The notes below the pieces were generated by a model. The model did no database searches. It worked only from the letters and a program-made list of their open reading frames with translations, and was not told where the DNA came from. From contig OZ244034.1 of NCBI GenBank assembly GCA_965215185.1, positions 1,568,001 through 1,632,000 of the forward strand: a DNA stretch of 64,000 nucleotides. The letters are read 5' to 3'. The stretch is from Acidimicrobiia bacterium. GTDB taxonomy: Bacteria; Actinomycetota; Acidimicrobiia; Spongiisociales; ZC4RG35. The position numbers and the translations under genes are program-made. Shown here piece by piece: positions 19,576-31,261 of this stretch. The first letter of the stretch is position 1; every line of letters starts with the position of its first letter.

Positions 19576-20750
19576 CCCTCGTCATCGACAACATCGCCGA
19601 GTTGATCACCAACGTCCCCGACCTGGGAGAGGGACCGCTTGGGATCATCGAGAACGCATCCGCAGTGGTCGACGGCGGCAAAGTGGTCGCCATCGGCCCA
19701 GCCGGCGCCTTAGCCGACGAACGCCTTGACGCGGGCGGTCGGTGTGTGCTGCCGGGATTCGTGGACTCCCACACCCACCTGGTCTTCGCGGGTGACCGGG
19801 CTGAGGAGTTCACCCGGCGCATGGCCGGTGAGCCCTACGACGGAGGCGGGATCCGGATCACCACCGAAGCCACCCGCGCGGCGGACCGCCAGTCCCTGAG
19901 GGCGTCGCTCCATGGGCGGCTCGCCGAGGTGCACCAGGCGGGCACCACAACAGTGGAGATCAAGTCGGGCTACGGGCTATCGGTCGAATCCGAAGCCCTG
20001 TCCACCTCCCTTGCAGCCGAGGTGACTACCGAGACCACTTTCCTGGGAGCCCATGTGGTACCGAGCGAGTACCGGGGACGGGCCGACGACTACACCGAGT
20101 TGGTCTGCGGACCTATGCTCGATGCCGTTCGGTCTCATGTGCGCTGGATGGATGTGTTCTGCGAGACCGGCGCTTTCGACGTCGATCAATCGAGGGCGGT
20201 GCTCGAGGCCGGGCGGAGCGCAGGGCTGGGTCTGCGTCTCCATGCCAACCAACTGGACTATGGACCCGGGGTCCGGCTCGGCGTGGAGATGGACTGTGCC
20301 TCCGTCGACCATTGCACCTACCTGTCTGACGGCGATCTCGAGATGCTCGCCGCCAGCGACACCGTTGCCACCTTCCTCCCGGCGGCGGACTTCTCCACCC
20401 GCCAGCCCTACCCCGACGCCCGGCGCGCCATCGACGCCGGAGTTCAGGTGGCGATCGCCTCGAACTGCAATCCGGGCTCGAGCTATACGACCTCGATCTC
20501 GTTCTGCATCGCGCTGGCGGTGCGCGACATGGGCATGACGATCGACGAAGCTATCGCCGCGGTCACCACCGGCGGCGCCGCCGCGCTACGCCGAAGCGAC
20601 GTCGGCAGGCTTGCGCCGGGGGGTCCGGCGCATCTGACTATTCTCGATGCGCCAAGCCGCCATCACCTTGCTTACCGGCCTGGTGTTCCGCTGATATGGC
20701 GGACGCTCGGTTCCGACTACCGACCCCCGTCCACTGACAACAAGTGGTGA
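19572..20750 (+). CDS. hutI: Imidazolonepropionase
   Basis: [46 protein letters not shown]; ATGA overlap with hutF. Confidence 0.93.
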   Translation: MTLVIDNIAELITNVPDLGEGPLGIIENASAVVDGGKVVAIGPAGALADERLDAGGRCVLPGFVDSHTHLVFAGDRAEEFTRRMAGEPYDGGGIRITTEATRAADRQSLRASLHGRLAEVHQAGTTTVEIKSGYGLSVESEALSTSLAAEVTTETTFLGAHVVPSEYRGRADDYTELVCGPMLDAVRSHVRWMDVFCETGAFDVDQSRAVLEAGRSAGLGLRLHANQLDYGPGVRLGVEMDCASVDHCTYLSDGDLEMLAASDTVATFLPAADFSTRQPYPDARRAIDAGVQVAIASNCNPGSSYTTSISFCIALAVRDMGMTIDEAIAAVTTGGAAALRRSDVGRLAPGGPAHLTILDAPSRHHLAYRPGVPLIWRTLGSDYRPPSTDNKW

Positions 20751-21099
20751 GTTCAGTCAGCCCAGGCATCCCGAAGACGTTGCTTCACCGCATGCGCCTA
20801 ACAGGTCGGCAGGTACGAAAGAGCACGACTTCATCCCAAACCTCCATCCTGGCCGATCTCTACGGCGAGGCTTGCCGAAGGTCCGCAATCGGGACCAGCA
20901 AGGCGATCACCGTCACGGAGATCGATATCGGCGCGGCCAAGAGAGACCAAGGTCGGCGCGAACTGAACGCCCCTAGGGCGGATCGTCGGACGGACACCGG
21001 CCAAGCCCCCAGCTCGGAACGGGGATCGCATCGGGGATGGCCAATGACGACAACCAGCACAGCAGCGGAAACGGTTCAACGCCAAATGGATTGCCGCGA

Positions 21100-21885
21100 T
21101 CAGATATGTTGCCAAGCGGGTTTGTCGCGATGCGTCTCCCGGTAGTAGTTGGCATGTTTCAGTTGCCCACCGGCAGCTTCGTCAACGATGACAGTGGTGT
21201 GGGGGTGTAGCTGGAGAGCGGATGCTGGCACCATCGCAGTCACCGGTCCTTCCACAGCCCTGGCGATCGGCCCGTTCTTGGCCTCACCGGTGGCAATCAA
21301 CACAATATGGCGAGCCTCAAGAATGGTGCCGATGCCCTGGGTGATCCCATATCGGGGCACCATGTCCGGGTCGTCACCGAAGAAGCGGGCATTGTCTTTG
21401 CGGGTTGCCGCGGCAAGTGTTTTCAGGCGTGTTCTTGACGCAAGCGAGGACGGCGGCTCGTTGAATCCAATGTGACCGTTGCCGCCGATGCCGAGCACCT
21501 GCAAATCGATACCACCGGCGTCTGCAATGCGCCGCTCGTAGGTTTCTCCCGCCGTGGCGAGATCCGCCGAGGCGCAGTCCAGAGCGACCAGAGCGCCCGC
21601 TGGAACGTCCACATGGTCGATGAGCTCAAGTTGGATGAAGCTTCGGCATGACTGTGGATGTTCGGGGTCAAGACCCACGTACTCATCGAGCAGGAACAAC
21701 TGCGTGCGAGCGAAACTTATCCTCCGATTGCGGTAACGCTCGATGAGCTCGCGGTAGGTGGGAAGTGGGGAGCTGCCCGTGGCCAAGCCGATAACGGGAC
21801 GATCTGTGCCGGACAGGAGACGCTCGAAAGCGTCGGCGGCGACGACCGCAGCCTCTCGGGCCGAACCAGTGATGACGATCTCCAT
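21100..21885 (-). CDS. nagB: Glucosamine-6-phosphate deaminase
   Basis: GLATGSSP, LDEYVGL, LGIG.NGHIGFNEP, PASALQLH. Confidence 0.95.
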   Translation of the reverse strand: MEIVITGSAREAAVVAADAFERLLSGTDRPVIGLATGSSPLPTYRELIERYRNRRISFARTQLFLLDEYVGLDPEHPQSCRSFIQLELIDHVDVPAGALVALDCASADLATAGETYERRIADAGGIDLQVLGIGGNGHIGFNEPPSSLASRTRLKTLAAATRKDNARFFGDDPDMVPRYGITQGIGTILEARHIVLIATGEAKNGPIARAVEGPVTAMVPASALQLHPHTTVIVDEAAGGQLKHANYYRETHRDKPAWQHI

Positions 21886-21906
21886 TGCGGCTATGAGCCC
21901 TTCACG

Positions 21907-22281
21907 TCAAACTGACCGGGAACTGCTTTTAGTCACCGCCCAACGCACCATCTCATGTTCGTCGTCTTTCAACAGCGCCAGCACTGCCGGTGGGGTGTTC
22001 AAGTTACCAGCAACGTCCCACTGCACATCCAAATCGGGGTCTTTCGCTAACCATGTCAGGGTGTCCGGTGGGGTGTTCAGGTTCCTACCGACCGCCCATC
22101 GCACATCCCAGTCGTCATCTTCGGCCAATACTTTCAGGGTGTCCGGTGGGGTGTTCATATTTTCGGCGACCACGGCCCGCACACGGCAATTGCCGTGCTT
22201 GGCCAGTTCGACAAGAACGTCCGGTGCAGTGGTCAGGTTCTCCGCCAACCGAAGGCATTCCTCTACATTACGGTAAGCCAT
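21907..22281 (-). CDS. Small LRV/HEAT-repeat protein
   Basis: Four ~24-aa repeats of the type VR..VA.N.NTPPD.L..LA.D. Confidence 0.75.
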   Translation of the reverse strand: MAYRNVEECLRLAENLTTAPDVLVELAKHGNCRVRAVVAENMNTPPDTLKVLAEDDDWDVRWAVGRNLNTPPDTLTWLAKDPDLDVQWDVAGNLNTPPAVLALLKDDEHEMVRWAVTKSSSRSV

Positions 22282-22619
22282 GATCGTTCCCTTCCCGCCA
22301 CACGCCCCACAAGGCGTGCGCCTCCGGTTCCCCATACTGGGAATCATCAACCTGGACTTCCTCCACCCCCACAACCAACAATCTCCACCGAGCCATCAAC
22401 GCCCACTCACCCGACCCATAGAAACCTTCACACCTTCCACAATAAACACCACACCCAGCCGACACACCCCAAAGACGACCACAAACCTAAGAAGGCGGAC
22501 TTATCACCCCGACAAACAACACAAACCGGGTACGATTCACCCCCGCCGAAAACCCAAGAACACACAACTGATATTCGCTGAGTAACAGTTATAGCGGGGA
22601 AAGGGAGGCTGTTCTAGTT

Positions 22620-22708
22620 GAGTGGGGTGTCGGCCACCACCCCCGACCTGACTTTAGTGAGCGTTTCGGAGGGGGCTCCACATTCAAACGCAGGGGGGCT
22701 CCACATTT
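22620..22708 (+). repeat. GGCTCCACAT-repeat element end, copy 1
   Basis: GCCACCACCCCCGACCTG...GGGGCTCCACATTCAAAC..GGGGCTCCACATTT, shared with six other loci. Confidence 0.75.
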
Positions 22709-22935
22709 TCGGTCGGACATCCCTTCGGCAAAGATCTTCGAGTAGCGAGAGCATCATGCTACCTCCTTCTACCGCCGCCAAGCAGTGGGGCGATCTGGCC
22801 GCTACCACACGAGCATCCTTCGTCGGTGCTTGTTCACTACAGAATCGGGTCCAGATTCGGCGCTGAACCTCTCCAACAGTTTGTGCAAACCTTGGACACA
22901 CTCGCTCATCCCGAACCCGCCTTCATGCGAGCGGG

Positions 22936-23763
22936 TCAGCCGTCTGGGCCGCTCAGGAGGGCGAGTTCCTCCGGGGTGAGACAACCGAGCATCGCTGCGA
23001 CCATCTCTTGTTCCGCTTGCTCGTCGATGTCGGCTCCCTGAGGGAGGGTCTCGTTGATGGCATCGACTTGTGCCGCCACACACGCGGCGCTCTCGGGCGA
23101 GACCCCTGCCGCTACCAGCTGCGCTGCGGTCAGCCTCCCAGCTGAGCTGGTTGGCTGGTCGGCGTCGTCTAGGCCCGGGACCTTAGTTTCGACGCCAGGC
23201 ACGCAATCCGGTGGAATCAGCAGGTTGTAGACGGCGATGAGATCCCCGCCGAACAACGCTATGTCTGCTGTGAGCCTGTCCGTGTCGATGTCGGTGGTCG
23301 CTGCCTGTGCACATTCCAGCACACCCGGTGGAACGTCGCCGGCGCCCAGCATCGAGTTCAAGACGATCTGGGACCACGGCAGGCACTCGACCACACCGTC
23401 AAGGATCCGGTCTCGTTCAAGGTCTGATACCAGACCGACGGGGAAGATTGAATCCGACGGTCCGTTGAGGGCCGCGAGTACCGGATCGAGCCGGTCCTGG
23501 TCGAGAGCCGCTGCTGACGCTTCGGCCACACAGGCGATCTGGTCGTCGGTGACGCCTTCGGGTCTGTCCACCGACAGGAGCGCCGCTACGCCGCTCTCGA
23601 CTTCAGAGCGCAGCTCCAGTCCGGCAGTGGTGGCTGGGGCGGCAGTGGTGGCTGGGGCGACCTGCTCTGGCTCAGCAGCGCTCGGTTGCGGGTCTGCGGC
23701 GGTGCCACAAGCGGAGACCGTCAGAACTAAAACGGCGGCAATGGCGGGGAAAATCCGATACAT
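22936..23763 (-). CDS. Hypothetical lipoprotein with paired cysteines
   Basis: Signal peptide and lipobox VSAC; repeated helix-Cys motifs (QIACV, VECL, AACV, LGCL). Confidence 0.7.
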   Translation of the reverse strand: MYRIFPAIAAVLVLTVSACGTAADPQPSAAEPEQVAPATTAAPATTAGLELRSEVESGVAALLSVDRPEGVTDDQIACVAEASAAALDQDRLDPVLAALNGPSDSIFPVGLVSDLERDRILDGVVECLPWSQIVLNSMLGAGDVPPGVLECAQAATTDIDTDRLTADIALFGGDLIAVYNLLIPPDCVPGVETKVPGLDDADQPTSSAGRLTAAQLVAAGVSPESAACVAAQVDAINETLPQGADIDEQAEQEMVAAMLGCLTPEELALLSGPDG

Positions 23764-24040
23764 GTAGAAGACCCTACCTCAGGTTGTTTGGTGGACATTC
23801 TAATGGTGGCCGGGATGCTTCTATGATTTGCAAATCGCTTTTCGGGCTTGGGGGGCGGACTGGTACACCAAACGTGCCCTGTGGCGGTGGAAACCCAACC
23901 AAAACTTCAATAACGGCCGCATTCAATTTCTCTGCCCGCAATGCGCCGGAACGGTTGACACAGCCGCCAAACCACTCAACAACAGCATTATTTGAGCTAA
24001 ATGGCCTACTTACCAGGCGAATATTCGCCAGGAGCCCTTA

Positions 24041-24105
24041 GTGGTGTGTCGGCCACCACCCCTGACCTGGAGCTTAGTCGGGGTTTCCGAGGGGGCTCCA
24101 CATTT
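24041..24105 (+). repeat. GGCTCCACAT-repeat element end, copy 2
   Basis: GGCCACCACCCCTGACCTGG...GGGGGCTCCACATTT directly before the integrase remnant. Confidence 0.7.
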
Positions 24106-24134
24106 GCGAACCCCTTGGAAAACGTGGGTTTAGA

Positions 24135-24815
24135 GTGGGCACCCGCCTCCTCTGCAAGCGAATCAGGGCAGTGATGAGATGGGCGATAGCTCACGGATAC
24201 ATCGAACGGGAACCGACCGAAAGGATCCGGGACGGACTTGGACCGAACCCCGTCAGAACCGTGCACATGCCAGCCCAGCATCACAGCCTGATCGGGGAAG
24301 TTCTGAAGATCATCGAAGGGTCCAGGGCGCATTGGGCGACCAAGGCAGCCGTCCGATTCCTGGCCTTGACGGCCAACAAAGGCCATGCAGTCCGACAAGC
24401 GAGATGCGACGAAATCGATCTTGCCAAAGCCCCTTGGACCATACCGGCCAATCGCGCCAAGAACCGGGAGGACTTCAAAGTGCCCCTCAGCCACCAAGCC
24501 CTATCGGTTCTTCACAAGGCCCGAGAACACACGGGCGGTGTGGGACTGGTGTTTCCCTCACGCCGGAGACTGGCGATTTCCAAGTCGACAATGAGCAAGC
24601 TCTTCCGAGAGAACCGAATTGGCTTCGTCCCGCACGGTATTCGCAGCACCTTCAGGGAATGGTGCGCGGAAATAGGGGTGCTCCACCAGGTTGCGGAGGC
24701 CTGTTTGGAACACACCTTCGATAAAGTCAGGCCTGCTTTGGCCCCTGTGGAAGACAGGCGTCAGGTGATGGAGGCCTGGGGGCATTATCTATTCCCAATT
24801 CTTCAACCCCGATGA
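24135..24815 (+). pseudogene. P4-like tyrosine integrase, C-terminal remnant
   Basis: WTIPA.RAK...VPLS, VPHGIRSTFREW, EACLEH, RRQVMEAWG; first catalytic Arg and the Tyr region degenerate, N-terminus missing. Confidence 0.8.
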
Positions 24816-25429
24816 GATGTCACTCAATTGCCCGCTTGCATCCGATGAAAACACAAAACCGAGCAGAGCCAAGCATCAACCCTTCGGCCATTCCGGAGGC
24901 TACCGGACTAAAATCCCCGCCTCTACCCCTGAGAAAGCGCTCATGGCAAATCAAACCCACCAACCTTTTGACCACACCCCTCCGGCTCCGGGCGACCTTA
25001 CACAGCACCCTTGAACCCTCATTTGGCCCCTCTCCAACCACCACCCGAACAAGAACTTTTGGTTTTGTTTACCCCTTTACTGATCGGGCGGTGGCCGACT
25101 ACGGGTTCCGTCTGGCCGTAATGTGGGACACCGACGATGTTGCGGCGGGATCCGACCTCACTCCCTCAGGAAGCTCAGGACCTCCGCGAGTTGGTCGTGC
25201 CGGAACTCAAGAAGCTCCCCAACCCGGTCAAGCCCGCCCACCATGCCACGGTCCAAGAGCGTCTGGCCAAGCTGATGTCCTGAGTTTTCGGCCTTCTTTC
25301 CAACCGCAGTGCTTCCACGCTGCACTTACGAAGAGTTCGGAAACCAAAACGGCCGCGCTGCGTCTTGTATGGATATGACTGAACCCTCCCGCCGAGGTCG
25401 GTGAGTGGAGATGAAAACGAAAACCGCTG

Positions 25430-26584
25430 TTGCCCATGGTGGGTTTATTGGTTGCGCTCCTGACTGCCGCGGCCTGCCAGAGGGAGGCCGGGCCGCCCAA
25501 GGAGACGTTGGAGTTGCCCTCAGGCCGCCAACCCGATGCGTCGGTACGCGGTACGGTTACCTACAGGGAGCGGCTGGCACTCACTCCCGATGCGACCCTC
25601 GTGGTAGAACTCAGGGATGTGTCCTATGCCGACGGCGCCGCACCGCTCATCGCGCGCCAAACCATTTCAGGTCCGGGTCAGATCCCGATTGAGTTCGAGG
25701 TCCATTACAGCAGCGAGGACATCCGCCCTAGGAACAGGTACTCGATCAGCGCAGACATCGTAGAGTCCGATGGGCGGCTTGCCTTTACCAACGATACGGT
25801 GCACGAGGTGATCACCCAGGGCGATCCAGACAGGGTGGATATGGTCCTGGTCTTAGTGCAGCCCCCACCCGATCTGGTCGAGGATCTTGATTCCGGGTCC
25901 GATGGGCGGACCTGGGTAGAAACCCCCGTCCGCGTGGTTTGGGCGAACCTGATTCCGAACGAACAGGAACATTTCCTAAGAATTGTCTATAACCAGTCCA
26001 CCGTGGAGGGCTGTGCCCGCCCCGGTAGCCAAGGGTTGGAGGTTGACGGATTTGACATCATCGCCCGAGTAACACTCATGCAGCCGCCGCCTACCCCCTG
26101 GGCCATCCCGTGCCACGAACAAGTTGTGGAACTCGATACCGTAGAGCCGATTGGCACATTCCTCGAACCCGCTCAGACCTACCGGATAATTGTCAACGAC
26201 CGGGAAACCACCACATTCACACTGCCGGACCCGGACCTCGGATACACATACATCGCCGAATCACCCATTGAAAGCATGCAGGTCGTGTCTTTGGACGACG
26301 CACAGCCCCGACATCAACTGCAAGTTGTCTCCGGAATGCCGAAGGGCAGTGAGTGCTCTCAGTTCAACGGCTACTAAATCCGGTGGCCAGCAGCGAACCT
26401 AATAGAGGTGACCATCACTCATCACGAGGTCGCCGACCCGCTTGTTGCCTGCACAGAGGACTATCCGGTGTTAGAAACCATCGTTCCCTTAGGTTCCAAT
26501 TTCGAGCCGGATGAGAGATACACCGTTAGCGTGAATGGGGAAGCTGCCGTGTCGTTCCGCCCGCTAGTACCCGGTAGCCCCTAG
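25430..26584 (+). pseudogene. YbaY-domain lipoprotein with two repeated beta domains, interrupted by an in-frame TAA
   Basis: Lipobox AAAC; VRGTVTYRERLAL.PDA.L.V.L.DVS (YbaY); frame continues after TAA 26375-26377 with a homologous second domain to TAG 26584. Confidence 0.7.
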
Positions 26585-26773
26585 TCGCCGCGGATTCAAG
26601 ACAGGCTCTTCTGGTTGCTTCACAATACCTGCACTCTCGCATTCGTCTCCCGAGCGTCGGTACGCCATCAACCGCCATGGAAAAGACGCTGGATCCGCAT
26701 CCCGCGTCAATGTGAAGCGTCACTCACTATCCAAATTGGGACTTTCTTCCATGCTATAAGTGGAGCGGAGGCT

Positions 26774-26841
26774 GAGTGGGCTGTTGGACACCACCTCTCA
26801 CCTGCGGCTTAGCAAGGGTGTTCCGAGGGGGCTCCACAATT
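26774..26841 (+). repeat. GGCTCCACAT-repeat element end, copy 3 (diverged)
   Basis: CACCACCTCTCACCTGCGG...TTCCGAGGGGGCTCCACAATT. Confidence 0.6.
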
Positions 26842-26927
26842 CGAGGATGGGTGGGACTTCACGCTTAATCGGACACCCCATCGGCAAGAACCTTCGAGTA
26901 GCGAGGCCATCACTCTACCAATGCCAC

Positions 26928-27296
26928 ATGGTCTTGAGGTGGAACGGCGGAGTATCGGCTACTCAGCCGCAGGCTGGACTTGATGAAGCCATCAGGGAGG
27001 CGCAGGAAGGCCTTGACCAGTTCTATCCCGCCGATTGGGACTACTACGAGGATGTGGTAGCTAAAAACCCACCCAACGGCAAGGTGACCGTACCGCACAA
27101 AATCACAGGAGATCTTGTGCGGGTCGATTTGCTCACCCTTACACCCGACGAGATCATCGAGCAGTGCGGAATCCCCGATCACATGCGGGAAGAATCCCTA
27201 CTAGCCTATCGCTTGTTTCTGAAAGCGCGATTGCCCTTTTGGGACCGGCGTCTTCTTCCCAATTCCGTCCCGCTTTTGGATAAGGGTACCCGCTAG
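26928..27296 (+). CDS. Hypothetical protein
   Basis: Protein-like composition (LDEAIREAQEGLDQFYP...); no family recognised; start uncertain. Confidence 0.45.
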   Translation: MVLRWNGGVSATQPQAGLDEAIREAQEGLDQFYPADWDYYEDVVAKNPPNGKVTVPHKITGDLVRVDLLTLTPDEIIEQCGIPDHMREESLLAYRLFLKARLPFWDRRLLPNSVPLLDKGTR

Positions 27297-27399
27297 GTAT
27301 CAATAGGCTTCTCTGGTCTGCGAACCCATTCCTGGGGTGCCCTGCAGCGACGACTCTATGTGATCCAACAATCGCAGGACCAATTGTTCGTCTACTCCT

Positions 27400-27567
27400 G
27401 GGTACCATTACTCCTGGGTACCATCTGTGGAAATCATCGAGGGTGTTATTGGTCTGGAGGATGGAAAACAGCGTGGAAACAGGCATTCTCGTTCCGCTAA
27501 TAACCCAAGTGCCGCTCACCTTACCCGGTGTTCGTTCTATAGCGTCGCAACCTTCCCAAAAACCCAT
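27400..27567 (-). pseudogene. DUF433 antitoxin-like fragment
   Basis: WEGCDAIERTPGKVSGTWVISGTRMPVSTLF...DDFHRWYPGV, after which similarity is lost. Confidence 0.65.
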
Positions 27568-27940
27568 GAGAAAACCCTTTCTCTCGGCGGGGCCACCTCC
27601 AATGATATGGACTTGGATTCCACATATCCACCAAGACGACTGACGACATCTCCGATCTGCGGTTTTGCCTCAAGCCAATAGCAGCACCAGGTCGACGTTG
27701 CCGCTTAGCCGATGCCTCGAACCTGCGCGCCGCGTCTGCTACCTCGTCATGTGCGCTGTTCCCTCCAACCATCCACGGATGGCCTCAAACCCTATCCAAC
27801 GACCCCTTCCCTACCCGAATCCCAACATATAGCGAAGCCTCGAAAAATAGCGCCTGCCCGCCCTCATTTTGGGGTCTCCTGTTAGGTGTCTTCGTTATAC
27901 TGACAGATCATGCGATCCTCATCCGCAAGCCAGTCAGACA

Positions 27941-28132
27941 GTGGATATAGACCAACTGGTGGCCAATATGATCCGCAACGGAGTTGATAGTACCCCTCGC
28001 CCCGAAGGCATGGAGGAAGGATCACCGCGTTTTGGGGGGGGAAATCTATGATCGATCTCATGGAATGTGGCGATTATCAGGGTGCTGATGATTACGTTAC
28101 CTATGTGTGCGATTTCGTTCCGATTTAACTAA
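27941..28132 (+). pseudogene. Degenerate homolog of the Xre/MbcA-like antitoxin at 56175
   Basis: VDIDQLVANMIRNG..., frameshift in a G-run, then SMIDLMECGDYQGADDY; compare VDLDGLVADML...ALMALIKNGDYQAADDY. Confidence 0.6.
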
Positions 28133-28391
28133 CCGACTGTCTGTCGAAAAGGTAGAGGGCGCACCACTTCTCTAATACAGCCGCTTGCTCGTGTCTGTTG
28201 GTAATGTGACCGGCGGTTTCGGCGCGTCACTACGATGGCCCCTTGATGAACGACGCTGAGACCCAATTCTTCCTTGCGTGGCGGCACATTACAGTGCCAC
28301 CGGCCAACCAACCTAGTAAAAGGTCGTCTCTGCTGCCGTCGCTAATCTGACGCACACCAGCGCCGTCGGGAGAATACGCGGTTCAAACTAC

Positions 28392-28470
28392 GGGGAGATG
28401 GAGCAGCCTGGTCAGCTCGTCGGGCTCATAACCCCCAAAGTCGTAGGTTCAAATCCTACTACCGCTACCA
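28392..28470 (+). tRNA. tRNA-Met(CAT), initiator-like, probably a pseudogene
   Basis: TGGAGCAGCCTGGTCAGCTC D-arm, GGG-CTCATAA-CCC anticodon arm, GTAGG-TTCAAAT-CCTAC T-arm, 3' ACCA; acceptor stem has 3 mismatches and anticodon stem 2. Confidence 0.75.
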
Positions 28471-28557
28471 TCGCGACGACCCAGACACAGGCCGGGTTTT
28501 CGCTTCTTCGACGTTGTGTCTCGGTGGTGACGTTCGGTGGCTGTAGCATAGTGCCCG

Positions 28558-29130
28558 GTGACCGAAAGCGTACCCGATACGAGTAGCAGCTCGGCAGAAA
28601 CCGTGTTCGAAGCTATGCGTCTTCGCCGGATGCACCGCGTCTTCACTTCCGAACCTCCGGACGCTGATGTCCTCGATCGAATTGTCTACGCGGCCAGCCG
28701 AGCTCAGGTAGCCCGCCCGGGTATCCGGCATCTCATCGTCGTCACCGACCCGCGGCTGGTACGGACGGTGCGGCATGCGTGTCCAGGTTTCGTGAACAAC
28801 GCACCCGCTGTCATCGTTATCTGCAGCGACCTCGAAAAGGCTGCGGAAGTCATGGGGCCCCGAGGAGTTGAGGTCGTCACACGGCTCGACGCCGGCGCCG
28901 CGGCCGGTTACATTACTATTGCCGCTCCCACACTCGGGATCGGTGTATGCAAAGTCACGAGTTGGACAGAGGAGGTGGTCCAAGCCATCTTTGGCCTTCC
29001 GGACCACATAAGGCCCGAAGTCCTGATGGCGATCGGGATTCCCGTAGCGAATCACCCCAAGCCCGTCAAGGGTTTCCACCCCACTGTCCACCACGACCTC
29101 TACGGGCAGGATTGGAGCGACAAACGGTGA
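28558..29130 (+). CDS. Nitroreductase family protein
   Basis: VFEAMRLRRMHRVF, NAPAVIVIC, DAGAAA..I.IAA..LGIGVC, AIGIP. Confidence 0.8.
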   Translation: MTESVPDTSSSSAETVFEAMRLRRMHRVFTSEPPDADVLDRIVYAASRAQVARPGIRHLIVVTDPRLVRTVRHACPGFVNNAPAVIVICSDLEKAAEVMGPRGVEVVTRLDAGAAAGYITIAAPTLGIGVCKVTSWTEEVVQAIFGLPDHIRPEVLMAIGIPVANHPKPVKGFHPTVHHDLYGQDWSDKR

Positions 29131-29438
29131 GCGAAGCCAAGCACAACGATCCTCTCTTCGACTTCATCCTCTACCTGGTCACCTCCGCCCGTGTCAGCCT
29201 CGATGAGAGGGCGATATACGGTTCGTTCCGGCTTATCGAAGGCGCCAGCCGGCTCATCGAAGCAGCCGAGGAGATACCGGGGTTGAAGGTGGACGACTTC
29301 CTTCGGGCCAAGCGGAACTCCATCGACCAGAACAAGGCGCGGATGATGCTAGAAAAGGATGGCTACCGGACGTGGCTTACGGACCTGGCAACTGGGTTGG
29401 CGTCCGAATCCGTGAAGCGAAGTATGGGAGAAAGCTGA
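29127..29438 (+). CDS. DUF6092-like small helical protein
   Basis: LFDFILYLVTSAR..LDE..IYGSFRLIEGASRLI; GTGA overlap with the nitroreductase. Confidence 0.6.
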   Translation: MSEAKHNDPLFDFILYLVTSARVSLDERAIYGSFRLIEGASRLIEAAEEIPGLKVDDFLRAKRNSIDQNKARMMLEKDGYRTWLTDLATGLASESVKRSMGES

Positions 29439-30073
29439 CAACGGGTGGTAGTTGACCGTCCCCAGGGCGGTGCCCTACGTCTTGGGTTAACGACCAGGTT
29501 GTGGGTCTGATGTGGTCGAGTGGGGAGGTTGGTCTAGCCGAGGGAGTGCGGATCCACCTCTAAAGGGTCCGGTAGCCGGATACTTGGTGAGTCCTGATGT
29601 CTGCTGTGATGCCGATGAAAAAGATTCGGTGTTTCAGACCGCTGTGAGGAGGGGTTCCAGTCGAGTATTCTCCGACACCGTTCCTAGGCGCAGGTGAGCT
29701 AACAGGCACATCCTGTAACGGAGGAGGAAGAGCGGGATCCGAGGCAGAAGTCGGCCGCAGGGGCTTTTCGAATCGGCATTTAGAACGCAACATCATGGGG
29801 CAGATTCCAAACGCCCTGGACACAGGGATAGGCTGCGTTGACGCCGAGAAGCGTTTACCGATCCCAAGGTGACTACCCCTTATTTGAACATGGGCTGCTT
29901 CCCCTCAAAGGCGCACTGCGTCGTTTGGCAGGAGATCCTCGACTCGGTCAAATGCGAGACCTACGATTGATCTCATGAATGTGACGTACGGCTCGATCTA
30001 CTTCTTGAAAGCATGGGTCAGGTGGCAATGGGCTCTGCTCCGGTACGCCGGTCCTGACGCATCTATCACCAGT

Positions 30074-30551
30074 TAGCGTACAAACCCTACCGACCAGCCC
30101 TCTACGCCCTCAAGTTCACCTTTCTGACCGTAGCCCGAAGCGGTGAAGTCAGAAAAGCCACATGGGACGAAATCTACGAAAACATCTGGACCAAACCGGG
30201 CCACCACGTCAAAAGCGGACAACAGCATCGGGTACCCCTCAGCAAACAGGCGATGCGGGAACTCGAAAAAGCCGCCGAACACAGAGACCGCACAGGACTG
30301 ATATTCCCCTCACCCAGAGGAAAGATCATGAATTCCAGCAGCCTCTCGGACCTACTCCGCAACAACGGAATCGACGCCACGGTCCACGGAATACGAACAA
30401 CCTTCACCAACTGGGCCACAGAGCAAGGAAAAGACTACTTCGAAATAGAAATGTCCCTAGCCCACACCATCAGAAACCCATGCCTCCACACCGACCTCTT
30501 CAAAGGCAGAACCGACCTCATGCAAAATGGGCCGACTACCTAGGAATCTGA
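30074..30551 (+). pseudogene. Second P4-like tyrosine integrase C-terminal remnant
   Basis: ALKFTFLTVARSGEVRKATWDEI, HRVPLS, TVHGIRTTF.NWA.E, EMSLAH, WADYL across frameshifts. Confidence 0.8.
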
Positions 30552-30859
30552 TGTCCAACGGCCCAGTCGACCGCCTCCAGCACTTGGCTGAACGCACCGC
30601 CGCCCGATACGTACACGCTGAACGCCTGCGACAATGGTTTGATGCGAGAGAACCCCATCCCGAACTCGCCGACGGATGAGAGCGGAGCGCTACAGCTCAG
30701 ACCGCCCTCTTTACAAAGAACCGCCCAAGGGGTTCATGGGAGGACTATCCATGGATAAACAGCACGACCGACCCGGGGGAATCCAAGACCCCCCACTGTA
30801 CTTCCAACCCTCTATAGGTGACCAGCACTCGCCGCTACACCTAAGTCTCTACTAAACGC

Positions 30860-31250
30860 GGCGCGATTCAGTTGTGGTGGCGGGACATGTCAACAAACCT
30901 ACCGCCCCGGCGGGTACCCTTCCGGCATCATCAGGAAAGCCGTAGCCGCCATCCCTCTCCTCGTCGTTTTCGTAGTGATTGCAGCAAATTTCGGCTGGTT
31001 CTTCGGTTCCCCGTTGCACATGGTGCTGTTCTGGGTTCTTGCGGCGGCTGCCTGGTGGGCTTTCTTACGGTTGAAGTAGCTAGCGGCTTGCGGCTTGCTG
31101 CCCTGAGATTCCGCTGCTGGTGAGTGGGTAATAGAGTTCAACCATCCCTACCCGACCCGCGACGGCGCCAAAACCGACGCGCTGGACGCTCGACGAGCCG
31201 CCCGCCAGGCGCTGGGACGCTCCCGGCCTTCGGTCCCCCGCGCTCGGGGA
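30860..31250 (+). mobile_element. IS110-family remnant
   Basis: GEWVIEFNHP...GAKTDALDARRAARQALG (K.D..DA motif of the DEDD domain). Confidence 0.55.
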
Positions 31251-31261
31251 GCTGTATTGCC

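Noticed and set aside
26375-26377. In-frame stop in the YbaY lipoprotein as recoding
   Set aside because: The codon is TAA, which is not used for Sec or Pyl, and the 5' end also looks frameshifted.
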